Source: Amoebidium appalachense (lineage: Eukaryota; Protista; Ichthyosporea). From it: 64,000 nt of DNA. The notes beneath the pieces were generated by a model that saw only the letters and a list, made by a program, of their open reading frames with translations, was not told where the DNA came from and ran no database searches. How positions within the stretch are numbered: position 1 is the first letter of the stretch; each line of letters begins with the position of its first letter. This document shows, piece after piece, positions 1 through 15,774 of the stretch. The position numbers and the translations under genes are program-made. The DNA lies in the NCBI GenBank assembly GCA_963693365.1, contig CAVNZM010000003.1:1089506-1153505 (forward strand). The letters are read 5' to 3'.

Positions 1-39
1 GGGGGGGGGAAAGGAAGAAGGGGGGGGGGGGGGGGGAGG

Positions 40-1050
40 GGCAGGGTTTGTGATGGAACAGTGACTGGAGTTTTGGCTGAGTCCTAGTGTACATGGGGAA
101 AAAGAGACGGCTGGGTGGCTGGTGGTGGTTTTTTGTTTTCCTTATTGCAGGAAGGGGAAGGGGGGGAGAGGGGAGGGAGGGGGGGAGAGGCCTAAAGGAG
201 GAGGAGGGGAGGCCAAGGGGAGGAGGGAGGAGAGGGGGAGGGGAAGGGGGCCGGGAGGAAGGGACGGAGAATATGCGGGTGAGTGGGAGGAAAGCGCTCT
301 TCCCTCAGTTTCATTGCAAATCACTGTTATCTTCATTTTTAATTTCTGATTGAATTTTAAATCACGTGCAGATGGAACAGCAGAGACGAACTTGTGGAGG
401 CAGAGGGGGGCAGCAGCCAGCCATCTACCCGATATGGTGATGGGGCAACGGGGTTGGAGGAAAATCAGCAGCTAGGAATGCCACGTGGTGGACCTTAGAG
501 GTTTTGGCACAGAGGCCCCTTCCTCCTTTCGTGTGTGTGTGCGTGTGGTAATTGGGGTGGGGTGGGATGGGGGGAGGGGGGAGGGGTATTGATGTGTTTG
601 GCGTGAAAGGAAGGTGGGATGGCAGGAAGGGGGAGGGGGGGGGGGTAAGGGGAAGGGGGGGGGGAGGGGGAGAGATGGAGGGGGAGATAGGGACAGGGGG
701 GGAGGGGGGGGGGGGGGGGGGCAGGGGAAAGAGGGGGAGAGAGAGAAAGCTAAGCGAGAGACAGAGAGAATAGGAGGAACGGCTATTCTTAGAAAAATAG
801 CTATACACTTTCCCACTCCTTATCGTTTCTTTAATTTGTTATAGGTTGCCATTGTCGTGTAAATTACGACCCACAAAGCGCAAATTTAGGGAGCTGGCTC
901 CTCTTGCAAAACAGCCGCCAAAATCATGTGATCTTTGTTGTACATTAAAAGTTCGTGTGAAAAGTCATAGTAATCCGAGGCCATGACGTGCCCTAACATT
1001 GTGGCGGATGTTGGAAGTATGTAAGTACACCGCCTTCGAAAGTCCCCCCC

Positions 1051-1081
<31 letters not shown>

Positions 1082-1299
1082 ACACCCACCCTGCCTCTCC
1101 CCCCCACTCTGCTTCCCCTTGTACCCAGGAGGATAAGCATGTAGGAGATATACATAAGAGATCGATCTTATCAGCGTTAATTACATTATCTTTAAACAAC
1201 ATGATAGTGCAAGATGTTTAGACGGGGCCTTGGTGATCAGAACTGGTTAGAGTAGGATACCCCCCCCCCTCCCCCCCCCGCCCCCCCTCCCCCCCCTCC

Positions 1300-1330
<31 letters not shown>

Positions 1331-1722
1331 AGAACCACAAAAAAAAAAAAAAAAAGAGTTAAAAAAAAGGCCTCCTTTTGTCCCCCCCCCCTCCCCCCCC
1401 CCCCCCTCTCCCCCTTCCCTGCGGCCTCCGCCCAGAGAAAGAAGGAAGGGGGGGGGGGGGGGAAGAGGGGGGTGGGGATGTGGGGTGGGGAGGGGGGCGC
1501 GCAGGTGGGGAGGGGGGGGGGGGGGGGGGTGATTGGGGCCATGTTATACTTTATATATGCTGCAGATGTGGTGGGGCAAGTTGGCTACCATCCAAACTGC
1601 ATGCCAGATTAATGACCAAAGTTCATACGTACAGTATTTCTCCCTTCGCCTGACCGAACTTCAGGGCGACTGTTAACATTAGAGGAAGCCATGTTTCCCC
1701 TCCCTCTGAATCAGTTACCAAC

Positions 1723-1760
<38 letters not shown>

Positions 1761-2150
1761 CCCCCCGCCCCCTCCCCCCCACCCACCCACCCCAAAAAAA
1801 CAAGAAAAGGACTCACCTTAATGAACAATTTCTCTCAGTTTGCGCATGTGTTCCTTTTTCCGTTCTCCATGCCACCGTGACGTGATGGTATGATGTTATT
1901 CAGAGCTGTGATCAACCTCCCGGAAGGCGTTGTCAGGAAACTGTTGAAATTTTTAAGATGGCATGTGCGTTGCGGCCACCACCATTTGTTTTGGCACGTT
2001 TCCGCATTTGTCTGGCAAACAGTTGTGCACCAAATCAAATATTTCCATATGTTCACGTTTCCCTTCCACGTTCGAATTCACCGTTCTGAACGGACACCAG
2101 TGCATCACCCTGCGAAAAGTGTTGTCTAACCAATAGGCAGTGGGTGTTCG
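40..2150. pseudogene. Degenerate duplicated segment upstream of RNase T2 copy 1, possibly a decayed multi-exon gene; homologous to ~5520-7950
   Basis: Blocks 367-490, 886-1035, 1570-1665 and 1890-2150 align by eye with 5938-6050, 6910-7045, 7355-7450 and 7705-7950. Splice-like signals are present (gtgcag|atgg near 372; tat|gtaagt at 1020), but there is no intact ORF and no recognisable product. Confidence 0.35.
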
Positions 2151-2819
2151 AGGAAAGAATGTGACGCGTTCTTGGCGTGTCAGCACGGTCTTGTTCATTC
2201 GCTTCAGTTATCCGGGCAGTGTATTTCGTGTGCCTAACTATGTCCACATGTGCAATTGGTGTGTCAACATCAATTTCAAGCCATCTGCATACACACAAAC
2301 ATACAAACAACCGAGTATAGAAGAAAATATTACTTGACAGAGAAGCCTACATTGTTATCTATATGCGTGGGGATTTACTTGTTGCACTGTTTACCCGGCC
2401 CACCTTCCCATTTGTGCGGGTTGAGTAGAAGTAGCTCTCACGTTTCGAATGATCATCTTCCTTCCCGGATCGACCAGGCTAACATGTGATGCATATGATA
2501 TGGATCCTAGATATGATTATTTATCCCCTCTATGTAAAACTTATTTAATCTGGAGGAACCTCCCGTATATTATCCTTGAACAATTTCTAGCATAAAGACT
2601 CTTAACGTATACGCACAGGTGTCCTGATTTTCGGTCGAGAAAGAATGCAGTTTCACGAAAATTGCCGATACATAACTTCGCAAGAAAGAAACAAAACACA
2701 CTTGTTGTCACAAATATAACGAAAAGGCCTGTTTATTTTATTAATATTATTACTGTCTGAGTGGTGTACATAGCCAACATTTGAAAAAGGTTCTTGCGCA
2801 TGCGCATCGGCTGCAACAA

Positions 2820-3072
2820 GGGAGATCTAGATCTCAGATCTGTGGTCTGTGGGCTTCAGAAAACAACATCTCTGATTGGTTCAGAAAGATCCGGACCTAA
2901 AATTCCATAACTGGCTCACGCATTCCACATTTACCAATCATATTCATGGCTCACCCTTCCGCAAGGCATATAAACCAGCCTTCGAGAGCCACAAACCCCA
3001 GTCAGTTGCGACTGTTTCAAAGCAACAAAAACAAAAATACACCACCATCCTCCTTAGCACACCAACAACAAC
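2820..3072 (+). promoter_or_regulatory. Putative Pol II promoter of RNase T2 copy 1 (reverse CCAAT box and TATA box)
   Basis: ATTGG at 2875-2879 and TATAAA at 2969-2974. The same motifs and order are conserved upstream of copy 2 (~8720, ~8819) and copy 3 (~23083, ~22990 on -). Confidence 0.5.
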
Positions 3073-4388
<1,316 letters not shown>

Positions 4389-4765
4389 TTGGACATGGGA
4401 TTTAAGCCTCACATTTGATTGGGTGATCAAAGAAGGGGGAAATGATAACTGTTGTTGTTTAACTTTAAAAGTTAGTTGGTAGCCTTAAAAATTAAAAAAA
4501 TGCAGGAGGTGGCATGTGAGGCTACTTTGTGTTCTGACTTGAAGGCTCTCTCCAGACGACAAATGATTTAAAAATGTAAATTATGGGTAGTATTTCTAAA
4601 GGCTAGAGATGTCCTTTTGTAACATGTGCATTAAAAGAAACATACACTTCACGTCTTTAGTGTGATCTAAATACACATTTAAGTTTGGTGTGATTTTCTT
4701 GCACTGTGTGCAAGGTCCTGAGGAGACAATTAAAACAATAAACAATAGCTCTAGCAAGGCATTGC

Positions 4766-4796
<31 letters not shown>

Positions 4797-5069
4797 AAAA
4801 AAAAAAAACTTTAAAAAACTACACATATATACTTCTTCACTTCTTTTGTATCCACAGAAGATGCCTCGAGAACTACCACCCCGAACCTTGATCCACCCAC
4901 CCGCCCACCCATCCTTTAACAACTGTCAAAAGTTGTAAACCTGCAATATTACCAAACAATCAACCGAATCTACCTCAAACCAGACTGAAGACACACACAT
5001 GAAATTGTACACATTTGCGCCTATGTGCACAGGCTATCTGAAAGGTTGTTGGGAGATTTTTCTTGTTGC

Positions 5070-5278
<209 letters not shown>

Positions 5279-5519
5279 TGGCCCACAGCCAGAAGGTAAT
5301 GTATATGATGTTTGAACATAAAATTTGGATTTGGGGGGTGCTAAGGGCTTGTTCGGTCATCATTTGCCTGGGAAGGCTTTTTTGAAGCGCAAGCAGGAGC
5401 TTGCTGGGGGAAGAGGGGCGGGGGGGGGGGGGGGGGGGGGGGGGGGGAAGAAGGTAGAGGTAGGGGGAGAGCCGGGGGAGGGGGGGAGGAAGGAGGTGGG
5501 GGGGGGGGTGGGGGGGGGT

Positions 5520-5687
5520 CCAGGTAGAACAACTGCTGGGAATTCACATAGGTGAATCCGGTGTGCATTGGAAGTGTCACGGAAAAAAGGCCGGATGGCT
5601 GGGAGTAGTTTTTGGAACTCTGTACTGTTTGGAAAGAGGGGATCTGGGGGTTTACGGAGGAAGAGAGACCGCGCAGGGGAAGGAGGT

Positions 5688-5718
<31 letters not shown>

Positions 5719-7505
5719 GGGGAGGTGGAGGGCGCGGGAGAGGGAGGATGGGGAGGGGCGGAGCTAGAGGAGAGAGGGGCGGAGAGAGGGATTAAGGAGG
5801 GAAGGATAGGGGGAGCTGGGAAGCGAGGGAGGGAGGGACGGAGGAGTAAGGGAGTGAGGAAAGAAACCTTCCCTGCTGCCATAGCCAATCACATTTGCAA
5901 TTGCCTAATGTTTTCGTCTGATTGGATGGAAATCACTTGCAGATGGAACAGCAGAGACGAGCTAGTAGAGGCAGAGGGGGGCAGCAGCCAGCCATCTACC
6001 CGATATGATGAGGGGTCAACGGGATTGCAGGAAAATCAGCTGAGGGAAATGCTACGATGATCCTCGTTTTTGGTACGGAGGGTCCTTTTGTGTTTGTGCG
6101 GGTGTGGTTGTTGGGGTGGGAAGAGAGTGGTTGGTGTCTAAATGGCAGGGGGGTGGAGGGGGGGGTGGAGGGGGGGGGGTTGGAGGGGCGGGGGGTGGGG
6201 GGTGGGGGATGGGGGGGGGGGAGGAAGGGTTGGGGAGAGTTTTAATATTGTGTTTGTGGGAAGTGGGGAGGTGGTGGGGCAGGAAGAGGAGGGAAAGGAG
6301 GGGGAAGGGGGAGGGGGGGGGAGGGCAGATTCGTAGAAATTATCCTCTGTCTCAGGTAAATCTTATCATTTATTCAACACATTCGTCACAGCAAATAAAA
6401 CCGTGTCTTTTTGTTTTTTCCCCAATAAATCTTTGTGTCTTTGGTTCCACGGTCAATGACAGGTGTTACCCTCTCTGTTTATAGAGCACCTCTTTTGTAG
6501 TAGTTCGTGATAAATCGTCACATGATAGGCTTGACTTCCCGTCGTGCTCTTTGCCAGGCTCGTTGAAGAAATGGGGCGGGGGGTGCCCTTTTCACACCCC
6601 TCACTTTCGTAAAATCCGATGATAGCACGATGTATATCAGCATCGACGTGGGGGACTGAGGAGAAGGGTGTGCGTTCGCCTTGTGGCTTTTGGGGGGGCT
6701 GCTTGTGGTGGTGGTGGTGGTGGTGTTTTTTTTTGTTTTGTTTTTTTGAGGAGGAGGGGGAGGGCGAGGGCGAGGGGCGGGGGCGGGTAGGGGGGGGGGG
6801 GGGGGGGGGATGGGGGGCTCGGACATGATAAATATGCAATACATGCCCACGACAATTTTATGTAATAGAATTTTATGTTTTTATTAACCTACAAGCGCAC
6901 AGTGACCATGAGGGAGATGGCTCCCTTGCAGCACGGCCTTCCAAAATCACAATCATCGTTGTACATAAAAAGTTCAATTGATCCCGTTGTGAAGGCTGTG
7001 CCGTGCTTTAACACTGTGGCAGATGTTGCACGTAGATGCACTGGGACCGCCTTGCAAAGATGCCTCCCCCCCCCCCCCCCCCCCCCGGAGTCCCCTCAGA
7101 GTCCCCTCAGAGCCCCCCGACCGCCTTGCAAAGATGCCCCCCCCCCCCCCCCCCCCCCCTCCCTCCCCCCCTCCCCCCCTCCCCTCCTCCCCCCTCCCCC
7201 CTCCCCTCCCCCCCCCCCCCCTCGGAGTCCCCTCAGAGCCCCCCACACCCGTTAAGGGGGGAAGGGGGGGGGGGGGGGTGGAGGAGGGGGGGGGGGGGGG
7301 TGGAGGGGGAGGGGGAAAAGTATTTCATGAGGCAAACCAATAAGCTGCATACATACGTGGTTGGTCAAATTGGCTACCATCCAAACTGCATGCTAGGTTC
7401 ATGACCAAAGTTCGTAATGATCTTCCCCTGTCCGCCTCAGGCTGTCCGAATTCGATTTCAGGGCCACTGCTCAAGAAAGCCATGTTATTCATCTCTTGCT
7501 GTGGC

Positions 7506-7540
<35 letters not shown>

Positions 7541-7619
7541 TTTCCCGCCCCTTTCTTTTCATTCAACCAACCAACCAACCAATCCCAAAACTAAAAAAAA
7601 AAAAAAAAAAAATACCAAC

Positions 7620-7654
<35 letters not shown>

Positions 7655-7950
7655 GTAGCATTCCAAAGTTCTCCCAGTCTCCATGCCACATATGCATGAA
7701 TAGGATATAATGTTATTCAAATCTGTGATTAAGCTGCCGGCATATTACCGCGGCGGAGAAAATAATATGCGCGTTGCAAACGCCACCACTTGTCTGGCAC
7801 GTTCCGAACTTGTCTGGCTAGCAAACGGTTGTGCACCAAATCAAACATTTCCATGTTCACGTTTCCCTTCCACGTTCAACGTTCTGAACAAACACCAGTG
7901 CATCACCCTGCGAAAAGTGTTGTCTAACCAATAGGCACCGGGTGTTCGAG
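5520..7950. pseudogene. Second copy of the degenerate duplicated segment, upstream of RNase T2 copy 2
   Basis: Diverged homology to 40-2150. An inverted fragment of the 5985-6045 block also occurs at ~10490-10550. Confidence 0.35.
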
Positions 7951-8918
7951 GAGGCAACCTTGAAATGTGCGCGTTTTCGGCCGTTTCAGCACAGATGTAA
8001 CAACAGAAATCTCATTCGCTTCAGTTATCCGGACAAATTTGTTTGTGCGCGAAGCTTCGAGTGGAGGAGGTTTTCTGCCACCTAGCATACATACAATGCC
8101 ATAGGCCATACATCATACAACCGCTTATGCCCAACTAGTTAACTTTGAACTCTCGAAAGAAACTGCGGCATATGATCTGTTTCTTCACACGGCCCACTTA
8201 ATTCCCATGTGTGCACGTTAAACGTTTGTGTAACTTATTGATGGCATCACTATCGTCGTAAAGATAGTAGTCTTATGAGGAATGTGTTATGAACAGTTCC
8301 CCCCCTTTATGTAATTGTTTTTTTTATTTGTCCTGCAGAAGTATAATGCATTATTTGGCAAATGTGCTGCATATAAAGCAACTCATAGCCTTTAGGCTAC
8401 GCAGTTGTACGCACTGGTGTTCTAAAAATAGCAAACAACATGAATACTCGTGCATGATCAGCGGTCTCTGGAAGGTAAGGAACTGCCGAATTATAGCAAG
8501 ACAAAAGACAAATATTCTTGGAAATTTGCAGCTATTATTTCCAACCATTTTTTTCCCCTTTGTTTTTTATCATTTGAGTGGACGACATTTGAGGTACTCG
8601 TTTCAAAGTTTTCGGTGCTTGGCAGCAGCAACGTGTTACACAAGGGACTCGGGAGATCTATGTAGGTCTCAGATCTGTGGGATGCCACAGCCCACAGGCA
8701 TGCCGCAAAACGAAGTCTGATTGGTTCAGAAAGATCCGGATCTAATATTCCATAACTGGCTCACCGCATTCCACATTCACCAATCACATCAACGATACAA
8801 ATTAACTTCCGCCAGGAATATAAACCAGCCTTCGAGAGCCACAAACCCCAGTTGCGACTGTTACAAAGCAACACAAACATAAAAATACCACCATCCTCCT
8901 TACCACACCAACACCAAC

Positions 8919-9513
8919 ATGCATTGGTCTTCTATTCTCCTCGCCGCCGGGTTCCTTGCCGCGCCCGCCCTCTCCCACTCCACTTCGGGCCTATTTCATC
9001 CGATGATGCCGACATCGAAGCACCCATGACCCGCACTCACGTAAGCGAGCTCGGTCGTGGAAGCCGCAACCGCAACAACAACAGAAAGCCCAAGCCGCCC
9101 TCTTCCAAGCCCTCAAAGCCCGAGTCTTCCTCCGACTGTCCCACCTCACTCTCCTGCCGCATGAGCAAGTTCGGTGGCTGCCAGACGTGTGGTACGGCGC
9201 CCAACTCGGAGCTCTCCTACACTCTTGCTCTGTCTCGCTGCACGCAGAGCAGTGATTGGACGCTGCACGGGCTGTGGCCCGACTATGCGCAGGGCGGCTA
9301 TCCGTGCCTGTGCATGGGCGCAGTCAGTGAGAGCTATGACTCGGACGCACTGGCCCCCATCTACGACCGCCTGCTGAAGGTTGGCGCATATATGTGACCC
9401 TCAACACACACACGCGCACACACACACACCTGTACGCACGCAAACACATGCACACCCACACACGCACACACACACACGCACACACACAACACACACACGC
9501 GCGCGCGCACGCG

Positions 9514-9544
<31 letters not shown>

Positions 9545-9984
9545 CTATAGTAAGCTGTACACCAGCGTAGCAACCGGCACTAAATATTTCCCATTCTTCA
9601 ATTTTGCAAGCTTTTCCCAATCAAATTCGCTCCTTGCTTCTACTGTTTTTCAAAGCCTTCATTCATGATTGATAAGTTTAACTCATCTTGAACTGACCCG
9701 GTCTATTCTTGGCGCAGGTCTGGCCCACGTGCAAGACGGGCGGCTGTGGGCAGGACTATTTTTGGAGGCACGAGTGGGAGAAGCACGGCACGTGCATGCA
9801 GGCGGCTGGAGAGGTCAAGGACCAACTGCACTACTTTAACTTAACCGCAACCATCCTCGACACCTTTAAGGCTACGGGCGTCGTCAAGCGTGGCTGTGGC
9901 AACAAGATGGCCTGCAGCCTGGGCGTGTCCAAGGCTGATATACAAAGGGCCCAGGTGGCCACGGGGTTTATCCCTCGCAACTAA
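8919..9984 (+). pseudogene. Ribonuclease T2 copy 2 with a 1-nt deletion just after the signal peptide (exons 8919-9379 and 9718-9984); pseudogene or leaderless isoform
   Basis: GGCCTATTTCATCC here versus GGCCTGGTTTCATCC in copies 1 and 3 puts ATG 8919 out of frame with the catalytic region. CAS I, CAS II and both splice sites are intact, and there is an in-frame ATG at 9026. Confidence 0.8.
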
Positions 9985-10971
9985 TAGGACTTGGGATGTA
10001 AGCTTTGCATCCGATTGGGTGATAAAGAGACGGGGAAATGATCCTGCCGTTTTGTTGTTGTACGTTGTTTTTGCGGGTGTTTGAGTGAGTCACTCGCGCT
10101 TGGCGTTGTTTTCTGTTCTTTGTTAAAGTTGCAATCTACTTGGTAGATTAAGTCCGATCTCAGCGTCTTTGGTGTGATCGAAGTTTTGGTTTTCTTGCAC
10201 TGTGTGCAAGGCTTCTGGATGTAAAGTGAATAAACAATAAATCTAGCCTTTTGTTGCCTTCCCATCTTAGCATCTATTACAAACTCGTTACTTACCCACA
10301 CTACACCCCCCCCCTCCCCTCTCCCCATTCTTCTATCCCCCCTCCCCCCTCCCCCCCCCCCCCCCAAAAAAAAAAAAAAAAAGAAAGAAAGAAAAACAAA
10401 GACCCACACACACACACACGAAAGTGCTGCCCACAAACCCTAAGGTGCCCCCCTCCTCCTGAACGTAGTATTCCCATATTGTATAAATGCATCTGCTGAT
10501 TTTCCTCCAATCTCGTTGCATCCTCACCATGCTGGCTAGATGACTGTCTTAAAGTTGAAGTGTCTTTCCTCCGTTGCTTTCTTTCTCCCCCCATCCCTCC
10601 CTCCCTCATCCTTAACTCCCTCCCTCTGGGCCATCCCTGCCCGGGGAGGGGGTGGGGGGGGGGGGGGGGAAGGGGGGGTCACGTGCACACCACACAGACA
10701 AGAGAGGCTCCTTGCTCACAGTGACTGTCTATTTGCAATATTTTTCACCTATCTTGAAGATCAAGCAAAAAACGTTTATGCCTCTGCAATGGGGGTTTGC
10801 AGGCATGTGCTATAAAATGGTTGGTAGATGCACATGCCACAATGCTTATTTTTGTCATATAAGTAAGGTGTTGCCGTAATGTGGTTGTCAGTAGTAAGGC
10901 TGGTTAGCCGGTTTCCAAGTAGTTTTATTTATTTTTGTTTTTGTTTGTGTGCCACCTGTGGACTAGGGAGT

Positions 10972-11009
<38 letters not shown>

Positions 11010-11483
11010 TGGCAGGATGGGGGCGATGCTATAAAACGTTGGTGGGAAAACAGAAAAAACTATGATGAGAAAGACAAGGGCCATTTATTTCAAAAAAGGA
11101 ATGGGTTCGGCGGTTCCGAAGAACACCCCCTCTAATACCAACGTTTTTCAACCTTTTGATCGTGGGTAGAGAAAGTCTGTAAGGAATTAACGAATAGGTC
11201 TTGATACACCAAATTTTGAACCATATTCGTGTTAACTCGTACAGACTGATTTCGATCAAGGATTAACCGAGCATTCTTGGATTTTGCAGTCTAGGTATCT
11301 GGGCCTCTTTTTTAAAAACCACCACCAGTTTTCGTTTGCACACTTCAAGCTGAATCATGGTCAGGCCAACTTGAATCTCGGTTCAAAATTCATGTTAACC
11401 ACCACCACACCGCATTCACTTCCGACTCCCAACCCTCCTGTCCTAGCACCTTCCCTTTTTTTCTTCCACTTTGTATCTAGTGG

Positions 11484-12310
<827 letters not shown>

Positions 12311-12319
12311 GTCTATACT

Positions 12320-12388
12320 CTATATATGATATATGATATACATGCTCATGATGATATCATCATGATACTATATCACATCACTGTGAAG

Positions 12389-12431
<43 letters not shown>

Positions 12432-12480
12432 TATATATATGATATATATATATATATCATAGTATCAATCATAGAGTCGC
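12320..12480. repeat. AT-rich (AT)n and palindrome cluster
   Basis: (AT)n runs and the perfect palindrome CATGATGATATCATCATG at ~12347-12364. Confidence 0.9.
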
Positions 12481-12497
12481 TCAGATCCCCGGGGCTC

Positions 12498-12618
<121 letters not shown>

Positions 12619-13098
12619 CGCGGGCGAGCCCCCAGGGCACGTAACCCAACTTACTGTACCATGGTTTTGCTCTTCACATGTCCAAACGGAACGACATGTG
12701 TGTGAGTTTGCAGATTTGAAACGTGTGCAGGGTTTGGGGTTCACCACGATAATCTGTTGGAGAAAGTGTGACAGTGTACAACAGAAAGGGCAACCGGGCC
12801 TGGGAACCCCAACAACAACAACCCCAAAACAGCTGTCATTGCCACGTTTAAAGTGAGAGAGTTCTTGGTCAAGATTTTTAGATCGGTGCAGCTTTGAAGT
12901 TTTTAGTTCAACCGTTGCATAGTAGCATGACATTGTGCAGTAGCCCTATTTGGGGCTTCTTAAACAACACAAGAAACATGGCGCTAAAAAACCACCTAGA
13001 AACTGCAGCGCTCTACAGCCACTTTGGAATCGCTTATTATTGCTGCATTTGCAAACGAAAAACACGCACTGGAGGAGTAAAAGGCGAAGTGGGCTAAA

Positions 13099-13938
13099 AT
13101 GGAGCCCAAACTCGACACCAGCAACCTGCAAGACCCCATCACCCTCAACGTGGGGGGCACCCACTTTGCCCTCACCCTCAAGGACTTGACAAACAAGCCG
13201 GGCTCCTACTTTGCTGCCATGTTTTCTGGCCGGTGGAACGCAAAAGCCGACAAGAACAGAGCATTTTTCATCAACAGAAGCCCGGCCGTTTTTGAATACA
13301 GAGCATTTGAGAGGCCAGGAGTTGAACATGGAGTTTCTCACCCAAAAAGAAAAAGCCCTTCTAAAAAAGGACGCGGAGTTTTATGGGTTGGACGGGGTAA
13401 TGGAAGAACTGAACCCAAAGCACGTTGACGTCATAGGAGAGCTCAGATTCATGGCTAACACAATACCCCATGTCACCCTCTCAGATGACGGTCGAACAGT
13501 AACCAAAACCATTAATGGCTACAATGCTACTGTGGTGGGTCCTGAGATGGCATGGACCGACAGTGGCTACTCGGAGGATTCGCATCAATTGGTACACCTT
13601 TGGTGCTGACAACAGTACATTTATTGGGTTGGCTCTCTCGCAGGCAATTCTTGCTGCGGCTGCAGCTGGGTCTGCCTCACTAAAACGGTGTGGCTGGTAC
13701 CTGTACACTTGCAACGGATGTGTATACAGCCACTCAGAGAACATGTATCTCGGCAGTGCAGTGCCCAATATTAATTAGTGGTGCCACGGCTTGCATTCGC
13801 CTGCACAGTGACGGGAAGGTGTCGTTTGCAGTCAACGGGACTGACCATGGCACGGCATTTACCATTCCTACCGGCCAGCAGTATCAGGTGCTTGTTATGC
13901 CCGGGTGTCACTGCACCACTCTGGAGTTGCTCCAATAG
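13099..13938 (+). pseudogene. Intronless KCTD-type BTB/POZ protein with a C-terminal SPRY/B30.2-like beta domain, broken by about 3 frameshifts
   Basis: ITLNVGGTHF...PGSYFAAMFSG...FFINRSPAVFEY (first frame) continues as EHLR...LLKKDAEFYGL (next frame), a typical KCTD BTB signature. It then reads LSDDGRTVTK...FIGLA...GWYLYTCNG and GKVSFAVNGTDHGTAF in successive frames, resembling SPRY-like domains. Confidence 0.8.
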
Positions 13939-14424
13939 ATCATGAATCAGGAATTTAGCTTGGTTCTGGATCTCCGTGGGCAAGTGTTTATGTATTTTAA
14001 ATCCTTTCTTACCTTTTTTTTGCGTGACTTTGCTTTTTATAAATACTGCATCAACGTCCTATGCTATCAGGTAGGCTCGGAGCGGTTGAGCGTAGATCCC
14101 TACCTCCCCCTCGAGGCCCCCGGGCGGAAACGAATGAAAACCCTCCAATATAGAGTGTACTGATAGTCTTACATCAGATACCCTTACTTGTGCCATGTTC
14201 AAGGCGTCTGCGTGACCGTTAGTTTGTCAACAACGTCGGTGTGTAGTTGTGTTTTGTGAGTTTTGTATCTTTACTACCACTTGTAGGGATCGCGCGCAAC
14301 TAGGTCATTCGAGCTACAAAAGTGGCTCAGATCGCTGGTCGGCTTATCAATAGGCCATTCCAACTATATATAGCTACATGATATGAAAAGAGATAACCTC
14401 GTCTTGCAGCAAGTCAGAACACTA

Positions 14425-14484
14425 CAGTCGCACACACATCGATTCAGTCGCACACACATCGATTCAGTCGCACACATCGATTCA
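14425..14484 (+). repeat. Three copies of an ~20-bp tandem repeat CAGTCGCACACACATCGATT in the putative LINE 5' UTR
   Basis: Seen directly; the third copy is 2 nt shorter. Confidence 0.9.
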
Positions 14485-14589
14485 AATGTCGCTCTTTATT
14501 ATCTGCTAATAAATAGTATCCTTCGCGCATCCACCCCTAAACCAGGCCATCCGTGGCCCTAAGGGCCGGGGAACACCCCCATCCATGTC

Positions 14590-15774
14590 ATGGCACATGC
14601 CTATAATCGTTTCAGAACCTCTTTCAAAGTTCCATCTACACCCATCACACATGTGCGACCATTAAAACGTCCAGCAGATACACCTACCACAGATGCACAA
14701 CCAGAAAAACATCGCCTTAGACTAAGCGCAACACCTATTTACAATACACTACCCATTCAGAATAACACCACACCACTCCGTAGAAACACAATAACAACCA
14801 TGCCGAAACTTTCGGTTGATACAGTACTGGCAGAACTTGCCCTCGTTAAGAAACAGCTAAATGAGCTGTTACCACTCAAGAACATGATAGAAAACCTCCA
14901 AACAGAAAATACCCAACTCAAGCTCACCATTGATTCACTCACAGCCCAGCTAAACATTAGTGGATCGCAAAACCCCAAAACTCATGAGCAAACATCTCGC
15001 GACGGAGACATTTCCACCCCAACACAAAACAACACAGGACCGGAAGCACAGCTCCCGGCAGAGTTCCTAGAATATGCGAACTCTCGTAAAACACCCGAGC
15101 TCCGCCAAATTGCCAAGGAAACATATGCCAGCATTCTTGCAGGCAACGAGTACCGCCGCAACTCCCCTCCCAAACCGCCGGCTAAGGGGAACACCCAAGC
15201 AAACGGTAACATCAACATCCCACCCAAATACGAGAGGGTGTATTTCAAAGTCAAGCACGGCAGACGCCCACACAGGGCCATGTGGTCCATCTTCAAGGCT
15301 CTCGGCTTCCGGTGCTCTCGCATCCTTTGTCTGTCCTTCATTGGATACGATGTGCTGGAAGTAGCAGTACGGGGCGACTATAACCGTGCGTTCATCCGTG
15401 ACGCGACAAAGGGGTGTGGAAGCTTCTTCACCCACCTCCCAAGCTACGACCCATGCGCGCCGGAAAACATTCAGAAAGCAGACAAAGAACGTAAAGTGTC
15501 TGCTAAGAATGCGTGCGCCACACGTTGTCGTGTACGCATCAGCAAGGCAAAAGAGTTCCTCGCAAAGTTGGAAAACGATGCTACGAGCGTGATAGACACG
15601 GACACGAAGGAACCAATGTTTTCTGGTGAGAAACTGCTCGAGCGCAAACGCCGATGCGAGATGGAAATCGAGCTCTTCTGCGAACTGTTCGCGCTGGCGG
15701 AAGGTCGTGCATACGACCCCGTAAGCGACAAGTGGGAACCAACCCCACAGGTGTCGGACCAAACCGATGCCTAA
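14590..15774 (+). CDS. LINE ORF1 protein (394 aa; coiled coil followed by a basic, probably nucleic-acid-binding region)
   Basis: Long non-repetitive ORF directly upstream of and overlapping ORF2, with a heptad-like segment (LAELALVKKQLNELLPLKNMIENLQTENTQLKLTIDSL). Confidence 0.85.
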   Translation: MAHAYNRFRTSFKVPSTPITHVRPLKRPADTPTTDAQPEKHRLRLSATPIYNTLPIQNNTTPLRRNTITTMPKLSVDTVLAELALVKKQLNELLPLKNMIENLQTENTQLKLTIDSLTAQLNISGSQNPKTHEQTSRDGDISTPTQNNTGPEAQLPAEFLEYANSRKTPELRQIAKETYASILAGNEYRRNSPPKPPAKGNTQANGNINIPPKYERVYFKVKHGRRPHRAMWSIFKALGFRCSRILCLSFIGYDVLEVAVRGDYNRAFIRDATKGCGSFFTHLPSYDPCAPENIQKADKERKVSAKNACATRCRVRISKAKEFLAKLENDATSVIDTDTKEPMFSGEKLLERKRRCEMEIELFCELFALAEGRAYDPVSDKWEPTPQVSDQTDA

